Source: Candidatus Thorarchaeota archaeon
GTDB lineage: Archaea > Asgardarchaeota > Thorarchaeia > Thorarchaeales > Thorarchaeaceae
Assembly: GCA_048882485.1 (NCBI GenBank)
Contig: JBHLRP010000056.1
Span: 8,836-19,229 of the forward strand
DNA length: 10,394 nucleotides
Direction of reading: 5' to 3'
The position numbers and the translations under genes are program-made. This document shows positions 1 to 7,139 of the stretch, piece by piece. A model generated the notes under the pieces. That model ran no database searches, was not told where the DNA came from, and saw only the letters and a program-made list of their open reading frames with translations. Position 1 is the first letter of the stretch. The number at the start of each line of letters is the position of its first letter.

Positions 1-371
1 CCCTTTAGGGATTTTGCGGCTCGGTCTACGTCGACATAAATGCCGTCTGGAGCTGCTTCTGCTGCGGCCCAGGCAACCACAAACTTTTCACCTTCAATCT
101 TGGCCAGAACAAGGGTTCCATTCCCCCCTACATTTCGAGCAACTAGACTGTCCGGTGTGGTTCTTATTGTGGAGTATTTGATTTGATTCTGTGTAACTGA
201 GGCAGCGCCAGAACTGACTGCTCTTCCAAGCTGAGCTGCATCAGCCTGTAAATCCCAGTTATTACTCTGCCAGAGAACCTGTCCACTGGCTGTGATCACT
301 CCAAATGCCTGAACCATATTTCCACTACTATTATACGCCTGTGTGTATGCATCCATGACTGGATCTGACAT
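1..371 (-). CDS. Asgard (Thorarchaeia-type) profilin, actin-monomer-binding protein; 3' end runs off the window
   Basis: Manual translation from ATG 371..369 gives MSDPVMDAYTQAYNSSGNMVQAFGVITASGQVLWQSNNWDLQADAAQLGRAVSSGAASVTQNQIKYSTIRTTPDSLVARNVGGNGTLVLAKIEGEKFVVAWAAAEAAPDGIYVDVDRAAKSLKG, open to the window edge. It follows the profilin pattern as I recall it for Asgard profilins: N-terminal helix, (F)GVI-x-x-x-G-x-V-L-W-Q-S-x-N-W, KYSTIR strand, A-R-N-V-x-G-x-G-T-L-V-L-A, P-x-x-I-Y-x-D C-terminal helix. An in-frame TGA at 380..378 bounds the 5' end, and a GGGGTGA SD lies 6 nt upstream of the ATG. Confidence 0.9.
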   Translation of the reverse strand, partial: MSDPVMDAYTQAYNSSGNMVQAFGVITASGQVLWQSNNWDLQADAAQLGRAVSSGAASVTQNQIKYSTIRTTPDSLVARNVGGNGTLVLAKIEGEKFVVAWAAAEAAPDGIYVDVDRAAKSLK

Positions 372-377
372 GATCGT

Positions 378-384
378 TCACCCC
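378..384 (-). promoter_or_regulatory. Shine-Dalgarno site of profilin (GGGGTGA)
   Basis: Plus-strand tcacccc at 378..384 reads GGGGTGA on the minus strand, 6 nt before the ATG at 371. It is complementary to the archaeal 16S 3' end (AUCACCUCC). Confidence 0.7.
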
Positions 385-423
385 GTGTTTTGCACGGTCT
401 CAAGAAGGATGAGGAAATGATTC

Positions 424-431
424 CATAAAAA
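424..431 (-). promoter_or_regulatory. Possible TATA-like box for profilin (TTTTTATG)
   Basis: T-rich TATA-like run in the divergent spacer, about 55 nt upstream of the start codon. That spacing fits a short SD-containing leader. No clear BRE. Confidence 0.3.
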
Positions 432-502
432 GGAATTCTCGATAGCTCCTTCCCGAAGTAAATGGGACACACTCATATGGCGAGATGCTGCAAGCGTCCT
501 GC

Positions 503-817
503 ATGGATAAGACTGCGATCTGGGAAACGGAGGACGGGGTGTTACTGAGGGTTATTGTTAAACCGAAGTCCGCCCTGAAGCAGATATTCTTCGATGCAAA
601 TCAAGACGCTTTGGTTGTCAACTTAAAATCACCAGCCAGAGAAGGAAAGGCAAACATGGAGCTGCTCAAACGCATGTCTAAGGTGTTTGGCATCTCAACT
701 GGAGACATCAAGTTAGTGTCAGGAAAAAAGTCCAGAGAGAAGACGTTGCTCATTATTGGATTGGAAGTGGAGGCAATCAGAGGGATGATTGCTGAGATTT
801 CAGGAGCAGAATCATAA
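503..817 (+). CDS. DUF167 / UPF0235 (YggU-like) family protein
   Basis: Family motifs: LRVIVKPKS (V-x-V-K-P-x-A/S), LKSPAREGKANMELLKRMSKVFG (A-P-x-x-G-K-A-N-x-x-L), IKLVSGKKSREKTL (G-x-x-S-R-x-K). The track starts at ATG 485. ATG 503 (MDKTAIW, 104 aa) fits the family length better, but the start is uncertain. Confidence 0.88.
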   Translation: MDKTAIWETEDGVLLRVIVKPKSALKQIFFDANQDALVVNLKSPAREGKANMELLKRMSKVFGISTGDIKLVSGKKSREKTLLIIGLEVEAIRGMIAEISGAES

Positions 818-1098
818 TGAAATACTCACGCTGAGGTCAGAAATCTTATTTCACCCTATTGGACCACAGATAGCCAAAATAGACTGAAACTGATGCCAGG
901 ACTGTTTCCTCTTGGTAAATCACGATGAGTTGGTCGGCAATCAGGTGACATTTGTGATAAAACGTAAGTCAAAAGCGGACTGAGCCAGGGCTAGAAAGGA
1001 CTGCATTCTTGAGTACATAAACGATAAATGACGACGATTTCTTGACACGTTCTACCCGTTTATCATTACCAGACCCAGGAAGCATCGAAGCGGAAGAC

Positions 1099-1104
1099 GG
1101 AGGA
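1099..1104 (+). promoter_or_regulatory. Shine-Dalgarno site (GGAGGA) supporting the TTG start of the OPT transporter
   Basis: gacGGAGGAtagccaTTG: SD 6 nt upstream of TTG 1111. A TTTATCA AT-rich element near 1059..1065 could be the TATA box. Confidence 0.65.
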
Positions 1105-1110
1105 TAGCCA

Positions 1111-3354
1111 TTGACCAGAATCCCGAAACCAACAAGAGGACTTCTAGTGGGTCTCTTCGGAGCTGGCTTGTTCTATGCTCTGGTTGTAGCAGCAGAAGGA
1201 AGATGGGCGGATATCGATGTTATTACTGCCATTGCGGTAGAGATTCTCCTGATTCTTGGAGCTCTCTTCCGAGAACCAATAGACAAGAAGGGGCTTATCT
1301 ATGTCAGTTTAGGGATACTTGGTATTCTGCTAGCGACAATGATTCTTGGAGTGTTCACTGAGATGGTCGTAATGACCACTGGTGGAATGGCACTATATGC
1401 CTTTGGCATGAGTGAGCCAAAGTTCCCAATGACAAAACGGGCCATGGTCACAGGTATAATTGTAGGCACAATCATCACTTTTTTGGGAATTTACCTCAAC
1501 CTGAAGCTCGGTGTTGTCTATTTCATTGGTGCGGAGATGCTCGGTGCAATCATTCTTGGTACCATGGGACTATATACTCCAGAAGAGAACACAATCGTCG
1601 TGGCAATTGCCAATAGCTCGGGAATGATATCAGTTGGAGTCCTGGTAACCTTTCCAGCAATTGCCATTTGGTTGCCTACCATAGACCCTGCATTGACAGC
1701 GCTTGTCGACCAGATTATCACAATACCATTCATTATGCTCGTCATCGCGATGAGTGGGATATTCGGTATGATTCTTCTCTTGCCATGGCGTGACATGTTC
1801 GAGGATGAGCCATGGCCGCAAGTCCAACCACAGGCAGAAACCATTCTAGCCTTGGGGGCTGACCCATCATCAAAGAAGGCTGTTTTGACAGGAATGGCAG
1901 CATCCGGAGCATGGATGGGAGTCACAAAAGCAGCCGAGGAACTCACTGGAGCGAGCCTTGAAGCATTACCCAATGCTCTCGCTCCTGCAATCCCTATGGC
2001 AGGAAATGTACCGGAATGGATAGGCGTTTCGAACTCTCCACTCATTGCAGGCGTTGGATATTTCGTTGGCTGGAAAAGAGTGCTCATCATAGCAGGAGGC
2101 TCTGTTATTTCACTTCTTGTATGGATTTTTCTGGAAGGAGCGGCGCCCATTCATTACGGGGATCATCTTCATCGTGCTGAGATCATATACATGGTCCTTG
2201 GGATTTTCGTTGCTGTTATAGCTAGGGATATTCTGTCAAGCAAAGAGGAGGAGTTGAAACCCGACCAATTCAAAAGGCTGCTAGAGAGGGAAATCAGTGG
2301 GAAGGATGAACGGGGTGATGGACCCCAGGTAATTGAAGACCCGCACAAGACACGAGACGTACCCAGGCTTATGAGGGTACAGCAGGAGCTATTCTCAATT
2401 GAAATGATTAAGGAAGAGATTCGAGAAATTGCTGAAAATCCTCGAGCCTACCTTCGAAGTCGAAGAGGCCAGCTACCCTCATGGGTCGCTTTTGTTTCTC
2501 TTGGCCTTTTCATCTTGACCGGCATAATCATATTCTGGTTTCTGACGCCGTTTCCCGAACTTCGAATAAGTTGGCTGCTTTTTGTACTAGGTTCTCCATT
2601 GGCAATGATTTCAGCTTACTTTACTGCAAGAGCTGTGTGTGAAACAGGCATGCTAGCAGGATATATCTCGGACATCATAGCAATTCCCGCCATTCTTTTC
2701 TTTCGAGTCACTTTTCAAGCCATCACTACATTCATGGCTATGCTGGGAGGGCTTCAAGATGCTGCACTTGCGCTACTAGTACATCTCAAACTTGGAAGAC
2801 TTACGGGTGTGAGAGGACGCGACATTGTCAAAGCTGTCCTCATTGGGATGATTCTGGGCGCGCTAGTTGGGTCTGTAGTGACCTTTGGCCTGTTCAAGAA
2901 CCCAGGATTTGGAGGTAGCGAGCTGCCAAGCCCAGCAGCTCAACTGTTTGGTTTTCTCGTTATCAGCCTTTCTCAAATAGGTGAGTTCCAATTGCCCGGA
3001 GTTGGAGATCTTCCGGGAGTGCATCCAATTCTCGCTTTCCTCTACCTTCTAATCTTTGCAATAGCTGGCTTCCTAGCAGCTAGAGAATTAGGTAAGAGAG
3101 GTTATAGTGCCATCAGTCTGGGGGTCGGCGTTTTGATTCCTCCAGCCACAGCAGTCACTATGCTCTTTGGAGCTTATATCAAATATAGAACAGAAAAGAA
3201 GTATGGGTCTGTAGCTAGCCCCATTGATGGATGTGAACCTCCGACTGAGCAGGTCCGGAGTAGAATTACACAGGTGCTCAGTGGTGTCGTTGCAGGAGAG
3301 GCTGTAGTCACGATAGTTTGGGTCATTTGGAGCATTCTTTTGCGGGGAATCTAA
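1111..3354 (+). CDS. OPT (oligopeptide transporter / YSL-like) family membrane transporter with N-terminal membrane extension
   Basis: 747-aa polytopic protein. Canonical OPT TM1 appears as MTKRAMVTGIIVGTIITFLGIYLNLKLG (cf. LTxRAxxxG...xYLGLKxG). Other matches: EENTIVVAIANSSG (cf. ENNxVQTxASAG), VTFPA, SPLIAGVGYFVG, RAVCETG, LKLGRLTG (cf. DLKTGxLxG), GGSELPSPAAQ (cf. LPAPQA), SGVVAGEA (cf. SGLIAGE). Confidence 0.85.
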   Translation: MTRIPKPTRGLLVGLFGAGLFYALVVAAEGRWADIDVITAIAVEILLILGALFREPIDKKGLIYVSLGILGILLATMILGVFTEMVVMTTGGMALYAFGMSEPKFPMTKRAMVTGIIVGTIITFLGIYLNLKLGVVYFIGAEMLGAIILGTMGLYTPEENTIVVAIANSSGMISVGVLVTFPAIAIWLPTIDPALTALVDQIITIPFIMLVIAMSGIFGMILLLPWRDMFEDEPWPQVQPQAETILALGADPSSKKAVLTGMAASGAWMGVTKAAEELTGASLEALPNALAPAIPMAGNVPEWIGVSNSPLIAGVGYFVGWKRVLIIAGGSVISLLVWIFLEGAAPIHYGDHLHRAEIIYMVLGIFVAVIARDILSSKEEELKPDQFKRLLEREISGKDERGDGPQVIEDPHKTRDVPRLMRVQQELFSIEMIKEEIREIAENPRAYLRSRRGQLPSWVAFVSLGLFILTGIIIFWFLTPFPELRISWLLFVLGSPLAMISAYFTARAVCETGMLAGYISDIIAIPAILFFRVTFQAITTFMAMLGGLQDAALALLVHLKLGRLTGVRGRDIVKAVLIGMILGALVGSVVTFGLFKNPGFGGSELPSPAAQLFGFLVISLSQIGEFQLPGVGDLPGVHPILAFLYLLIFAIAGFLAARELGKRGYSAISLGVGVLIPPATAVTMLFGAYIKYRTEKKYGSVASPIDGCEPPTEQVRSRITQVLSGVVAGEAVVTIVWVIWSILLRGI

Positions 3355-4319
3355 TTTCTTTCATCTACATACTCAGCTAGTCTTTGTAGGAACTTTGGAA
3401 AGTCATTCTTGTACATGCTTGCACCAGCAGCAGCTGGATGCCCGCCACCTTGAGCGCCCTCCATCTCAGGCAGTATGCTATCAAGTGCCTTGTTTAAATC
3501 AACACTGGACTGTCTGCGCCGCAGGCTCATGTCTACTTCATCATCAGTTGATCTGGCGCTTATGCCAACATTGGCATCTGTCACATAGGCTGCGAACTTT
3601 GCACTCTTTCCCCGGTAGCCGTTTATTGGCATGTCAAGGACATAGCCAATTGGGCCTAGCTTTCGGGCATTGCCTTGTACATAGCGAAACACTTGATGCT
3701 CGATTCTGGTGGCCTTCAGTGCGAGGGTCACTATGTCATTCATTGAGCTTGGCTCTATTCCTAGAGTCAATTGACGAACAATATCCTTAGCTTCCTTTCG
3801 ATAGTCAATCTCCTGAAGGGCTTGAACGAGCAAGCCAGCTTCAAGATAGAGCGTGCGTTTGTCGTAATTGTCGAACTGCTGCCTAGCAAATTCTGTGTCA
3901 TCACAGTAGTCACCAATTGCTCCATAAAGCGCAAGGCGAAGAGCATGTTCTGGAAGCTGTCCTTTGAACTCTCTAAATACAAGCTCTGCTGCTGAAGGGC
4001 CAACTTCATGAACTAGATGTACTCGCTTTGAAAGCTCTCGTCTTTGCTTGGTGGTAATTGGATGATGGTCCATCCAGTATATTGCAGTTGAGTCAGGAAA
4101 TCGGTCAATTGCGTCCAAAATCTCATCGAATTTCTTGCTATTTATGGCGATATCACTAATGGTGACTTTTGTAGGTCTGTCTTTTGCTACTCTATACAAA
4201 TCCTGATGAAGCTGCGATGGTCTTGTGAAATAGAAGTCAGAGCCGGGGAATGCTAAGAGCGCGATTGCTCCTGATGCGATGCCGTCGAGGTCTCCGTGAC
4301 TGAGTACAACCGTTGTCAC
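3351..4319 (-). CDS. DHH-family phosphoesterase with DHHA1 domain (RecJ/NrnA-like)
   Basis: Motif I HGDLDG, motif II ISDIA, motif III MDHH, motif IV GAIGD, and DHHA1 MSLR...GGGHPAAAG. GTG start with AGGAGG SD upstream. Its TAG overlaps the TAA of the convergent OPT gene (3351..3354). Confidence 0.92.
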   Translation of the reverse strand: MTTVVLSHGDLDGIASGAIALLAFPGSDFYFTRPSQLHQDLYRVAKDRPTKVTISDIAINSKKFDEILDAIDRFPDSTAIYWMDHHPITTKQRRELSKRVHLVHEVGPSAAELVFREFKGQLPEHALRLALYGAIGDYCDDTEFARQQFDNYDKRTLYLEAGLLVQALQEIDYRKEAKDIVRQLTLGIEPSSMNDIVTLALKATRIEHQVFRYVQGNARKLGPIGYVLDMPINGYRGKSAKFAAYVTDANVGISARSTDDEVDMSLRRRQSSVDLNKALDSILPEMEGAQGGGHPAAAGASMYKNDFPKFLQRLAEYVDERN

Positions 4320-4343
4320 AATGAAAGTCCTCCTGGGGACTAT

Positions 4344-5780
4344 CTACCTCTTGTACGCTTCCTCTAATGCTTTGTCCCACTCATCTTTCTCCTCAGGTCT
4401 GGCCCTCATTTTCTTGCGGGCCTTCTCACGTTCCTTTCTTTTCCTAGCCGCTTCTTTCTTCTTCTGAGAGAGTTCTTTCTTTCGTCGTTTCAGCTCTTCC
4501 TTCTCTTCCTTGGTCAGCTTGACCTCTTCTTCTCGCTTCGAGAACCAACTGATGACCATTGCCGCAAATGGAAATAGCAGCACAATGGGCACTAGGAACA
4601 GAAGGACTATCTCTGGCTGGAGCACCTCTATACTGGTCTGAATGCCAACAGGAGGATTCAGAAGGAGCAGGAAAACAGCAGGGCTCATCATCATAAAGGA
4701 TACCGCCACTACACTCAGAAATCGGAATATCGAGCCCATTATTGTAGAGCCTATGACATAACTTGAGGAAGGCGCTGCTGCTTTTGCTGTGAGTTCATCC
4801 CGAGCCCTTGAGTCAGTCTGGAGGAGCTCGTCCACGAAAATCTGCAGACGACGAACATCAGACACTGCATCAAGGTTCTCCAGAGCATCTTGACTACCAA
4901 CAACCTTTCGTTCTATTGCTTCTCGCAAGAACGAGAATGCAGTCGATCCCGAAGACCTGCTCATCGCTGTTGTACTAACCTTCTCTCCTCTCTCAATGGC
5001 ATCCTGCTTGCGGGTTGCCTGTCTCAGTGCCAACAATTGTTTCTTTAGGGTTTCCTCCCTGTCCTCTACTGGTTTTCCTACAGAATAGCTATAGATCATT
5101 TGATAGCTGAGTTCGAGATAGGCAAAAGAAACTAGAACAAGAACTTGAAGATCGCTGAAAAGGAATTGTATAAAGTCCTCTGGAAAGGTTTCATAATCGA
5201 GTATGGCATGCTCATTGGCGAAGAAGGGGAGATTAATTCCAAAGTCGCCAAGGATTGTTAGAATAGTATTTCGGAGTACTGCGATAAGCAGAATCATCTG
5301 CAAAGAAATGAAGGCACCGCCTACGAATTTGTGTTCCATTTTAACTAAGGACTGTAGGAAGAGCGCTACTCCAATGCCAGCACATAGAAAATAGAGAAAC
5401 AGGAATGTGTTTTCGAAGAGAGAAGTCAAAACCTCGAAGATATCCACTGAAAACCGTGCAAACACCTCATCCACGTTAGTAATGGGACCAGATACGCCGT
5501 AGGGCTGCATATACCAAGTCCGAAGGGTGATTGTGTTGTAGAGCCCTACAACAAGCTCATTCGGCATTGCGCCAGTTATTGCCGTTGATAGTCCAGTCAC
5601 GAGGATGAATGAGATGAAGAAGAATAGGAGTGATAGGAGACGAAACACCGTCACCACAAAGTCATATGGAGCATTCCAGTGCCAGACATCGTTAGAATCC
5701 ATGGTTGTGTAAATCAGGAACGCCATGGCCACAAACGAAGCTGTGGAGGCAATGCGAAGAATCCATGTAGTGACTCTCAG
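4344..5780 (-). CDS. Uncharacterised multi-pass (~6-7 TM) membrane protein with a large hydrophilic loop and a K/R/E-rich C-terminal tail
   Basis: The track ORF is 4344..5732. The frame stays open upstream to a CTG at 5780 that overlaps the DUF58 TGA (CTGA). This adds LRVTTWILRIASTASF, completes TM1 and gives 478 aa. The protein has several hydrophobic segments and a 64-aa tail with 46 charged residues. I recognise no family. Confidence 0.8.
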   Translation of the reverse strand: MRVTTWILRIASTASFVAMAFLIYTTMDSNDVWHWNAPYDFVVTVFRLLSLLFFFISFILVTGLSTAITGAMPNELVVGLYNTITLRTWYMQPYGVSGPITNVDEVFARFSVDIFEVLTSLFENTFLFLYFLCAGIGVALFLQSLVKMEHKFVGGAFISLQMILLIAVLRNTILTILGDFGINLPFFANEHAILDYETFPEDFIQFLFSDLQVLVLVSFAYLELSYQMIYSYSVGKPVEDREETLKKQLLALRQATRKQDAIERGEKVSTTAMSRSSGSTAFSFLREAIERKVVGSQDALENLDAVSDVRRLQIFVDELLQTDSRARDELTAKAAAPSSSYVIGSTIMGSIFRFLSVVAVSFMMMSPAVFLLLLNPPVGIQTSIEVLQPEIVLLFLVPIVLLFPFAAMVISWFSKREEEVKLTKEEKEELKRRKKELSQKKKEAARKRKEREKARKKMRARPEEKDEWDKALEEAYKR

Positions 5781-7120
5781 AACAATGCCACCCCCCTCTG
5801 CTTTGCCTGTTCATAGGTCTTGATGATTGTTGGAAGGAAATCCTCAGGTCCGACATTGACCACACTAATCCCAAACTTTGCCAACGCACGTGCAATCTTC
5901 CTTCGGCGTTCCCATAGCTCTTCAGAAACGGCTTCCGCTAGAACCTTCTCAACCGGTCCAAACTGTCCTACAGGAGCCTCAAACCAAGGTCCAAATGGGC
6001 TAATGACCATCGCTCTGTGACCATTTGCAACTAAAGTCTTCATAGCATTGAGCAGAGGACCAGGACTCTCCTCAAGATCAGTCAACCAAATGACGAGTGT
6101 ACGTTTCCTTGTTTGTGAAACGACGTGGGCAATTGCAGACTCATAGTCACTCCAGCCTTTTGGCTCAGCCATTGCGAGAGACTCCAAAACATCATACATG
6201 TGATTTGGATGGGTACTTGGTGGCACGAATGAATGCACGAATTCACTAAACACACATGTGCCAACCAGGTCTTTTCGTTCGAGTCCAAGGTGAGTCAGTA
6301 GAACCGCGGCGCGGATGGCGTATTCCAGCTTGGTGTTCTCTGGGTAGCCATTGCCCATGCTCCCGCTTGTGTCCACCATACACATGATTTGGACGTTCTT
6401 CTCTTGCTCATACTGCTTTATTACCATGTCACCGCGTTTTGCACTGGTTTTCCAATCAATCAGTCTGAACGAGTCCCCAGGCACGTACTCACGAAATCCT
6501 GTGAAATCGGTCCCCATTCCGACTATCTTTGTACGATGGGATCCAAACATAAGTCCCAGTTGTCGTTGTTTCCCAATGGCATCCAATCGTCGAACATCTT
6601 TCCATGTTGGATATACCAAGACCTCTGTTTCGGCTTTCAGAGACCTTTTGTAATAGTGCAATCCAAGCCGGTCACGCATAATTACCTCAGTCGGGCCAAT
6701 ATTGTAGCGGCCACGCATTCTTGCCTGTAGAATATAGGAGAAGGTGATGCTACTTCCGGGCTCTATACGAGTTGCGATGAAGTTCTCACCTATGGCAAGA
6801 ATCCAAGTTTCGGGATATTGGTCATGCACCTCTATGAAGTCGAAGTGTCGACGCGAGGTGTTCCTGATTGTGACTCTGACACGGAGAAAGTCACCTGAAA
6901 ACAGCTTGACTTTGTCAATCTGGCGGTCAACCTCAATACCAGCGATGTTGGCAGTAAGTGCAAAGAAAGGCAGAGAAACGACTAAGCCGATGATAAGATA
7001 CACGCCTAAAGTTGTGAGGTAGAAGTTCCCTCCTAGGGCAAATCCACTAGTGAGGAATGTTACTGCTGCAAAGATTACGACAAAGCCTCTCTGCGTGATC
7101 ACAGTTGTTCTTCTCCGCAC
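5777..7120 (-). CDS. DUF58 domain protein (COG1721-like): two N-terminal TM helices, Ig-like domain, DUF58 and VWA-like domain; MoxR partner
   Basis: DUF58 signature GMGTDFTGFREYVPGDSFRLIDWKTSAK...VIKQYEQE, MIDAS-like VDTSGSM, TKLEYAI, IWLTD, and VLVYP before the DUF58 core. GTG start. Lies directly downstream of moxR. Confidence 0.92.
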   Translation of the reverse strand: MRRRTTVITQRGFVVIFAAVTFLTSGFALGGNFYLTTLGVYLIIGLVVSLPFFALTANIAGIEVDRQIDKVKLFSGDFLRVRVTIRNTSRRHFDFIEVHDQYPETWILAIGENFIATRIEPGSSITFSYILQARMRGRYNIGPTEVIMRDRLGLHYYKRSLKAETEVLVYPTWKDVRRLDAIGKQRQLGLMFGSHRTKIVGMGTDFTGFREYVPGDSFRLIDWKTSAKRGDMVIKQYEQEKNVQIMCMVDTSGSMGNGYPENTKLEYAIRAAVLLTHLGLERKDLVGTCVFSEFVHSFVPPSTHPNHMYDVLESLAMAEPKGWSDYESAIAHVVSQTRKRTLVIWLTDLEESPGPLLNAMKTLVANGHRAMVISPFGPWFEAPVGQFGPVEKVLAEAVSEELWERRRKIARALAKFGISVVNVGPEDFLPTIIKTYEQAKQRGVALF

Positions 7121-7139
7121 TTACATTGCTTATAGCCGG

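Noticed and set aside
372-420. N-terminal extension of the profilin
   Set aside because: An in-frame TGA at 380..378 closes the frame three codons upstream of the ATG.
818-1110. 293-bp intergenic region as a possible ncRNA, riboswitch or small ORF; loose ATAAA(A)CG / CGTTTATC repeats at about 955..1065
   Set aside because: No tRNA cloverleaf, no convincing long stem and no credible ORF (only MKYSR* at 817). The repeats are short and imperfect and fit ordinary promoter sequence.
1518-2150. 210-aa antisense ORF, plus the nested 65-aa ORF at 1630..1827
   Set aside because: Both are shadows of the OPT gene on the opposite strand, with no recognisable motifs.
3395-4009. ORFs 3395..3790 (+), 3771..3995 (+) and 3767..4009 (-)
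   Set aside because: All lie fully inside the well-supported DHH gene and show no family signal.
4390-4540. Pyrimidine-rich ttc/ttt low-complexity tract as a DNA repeat or terminator
   Set aside because: Explained by Lys/Glu/Arg codons of the charged tail on the minus strand.
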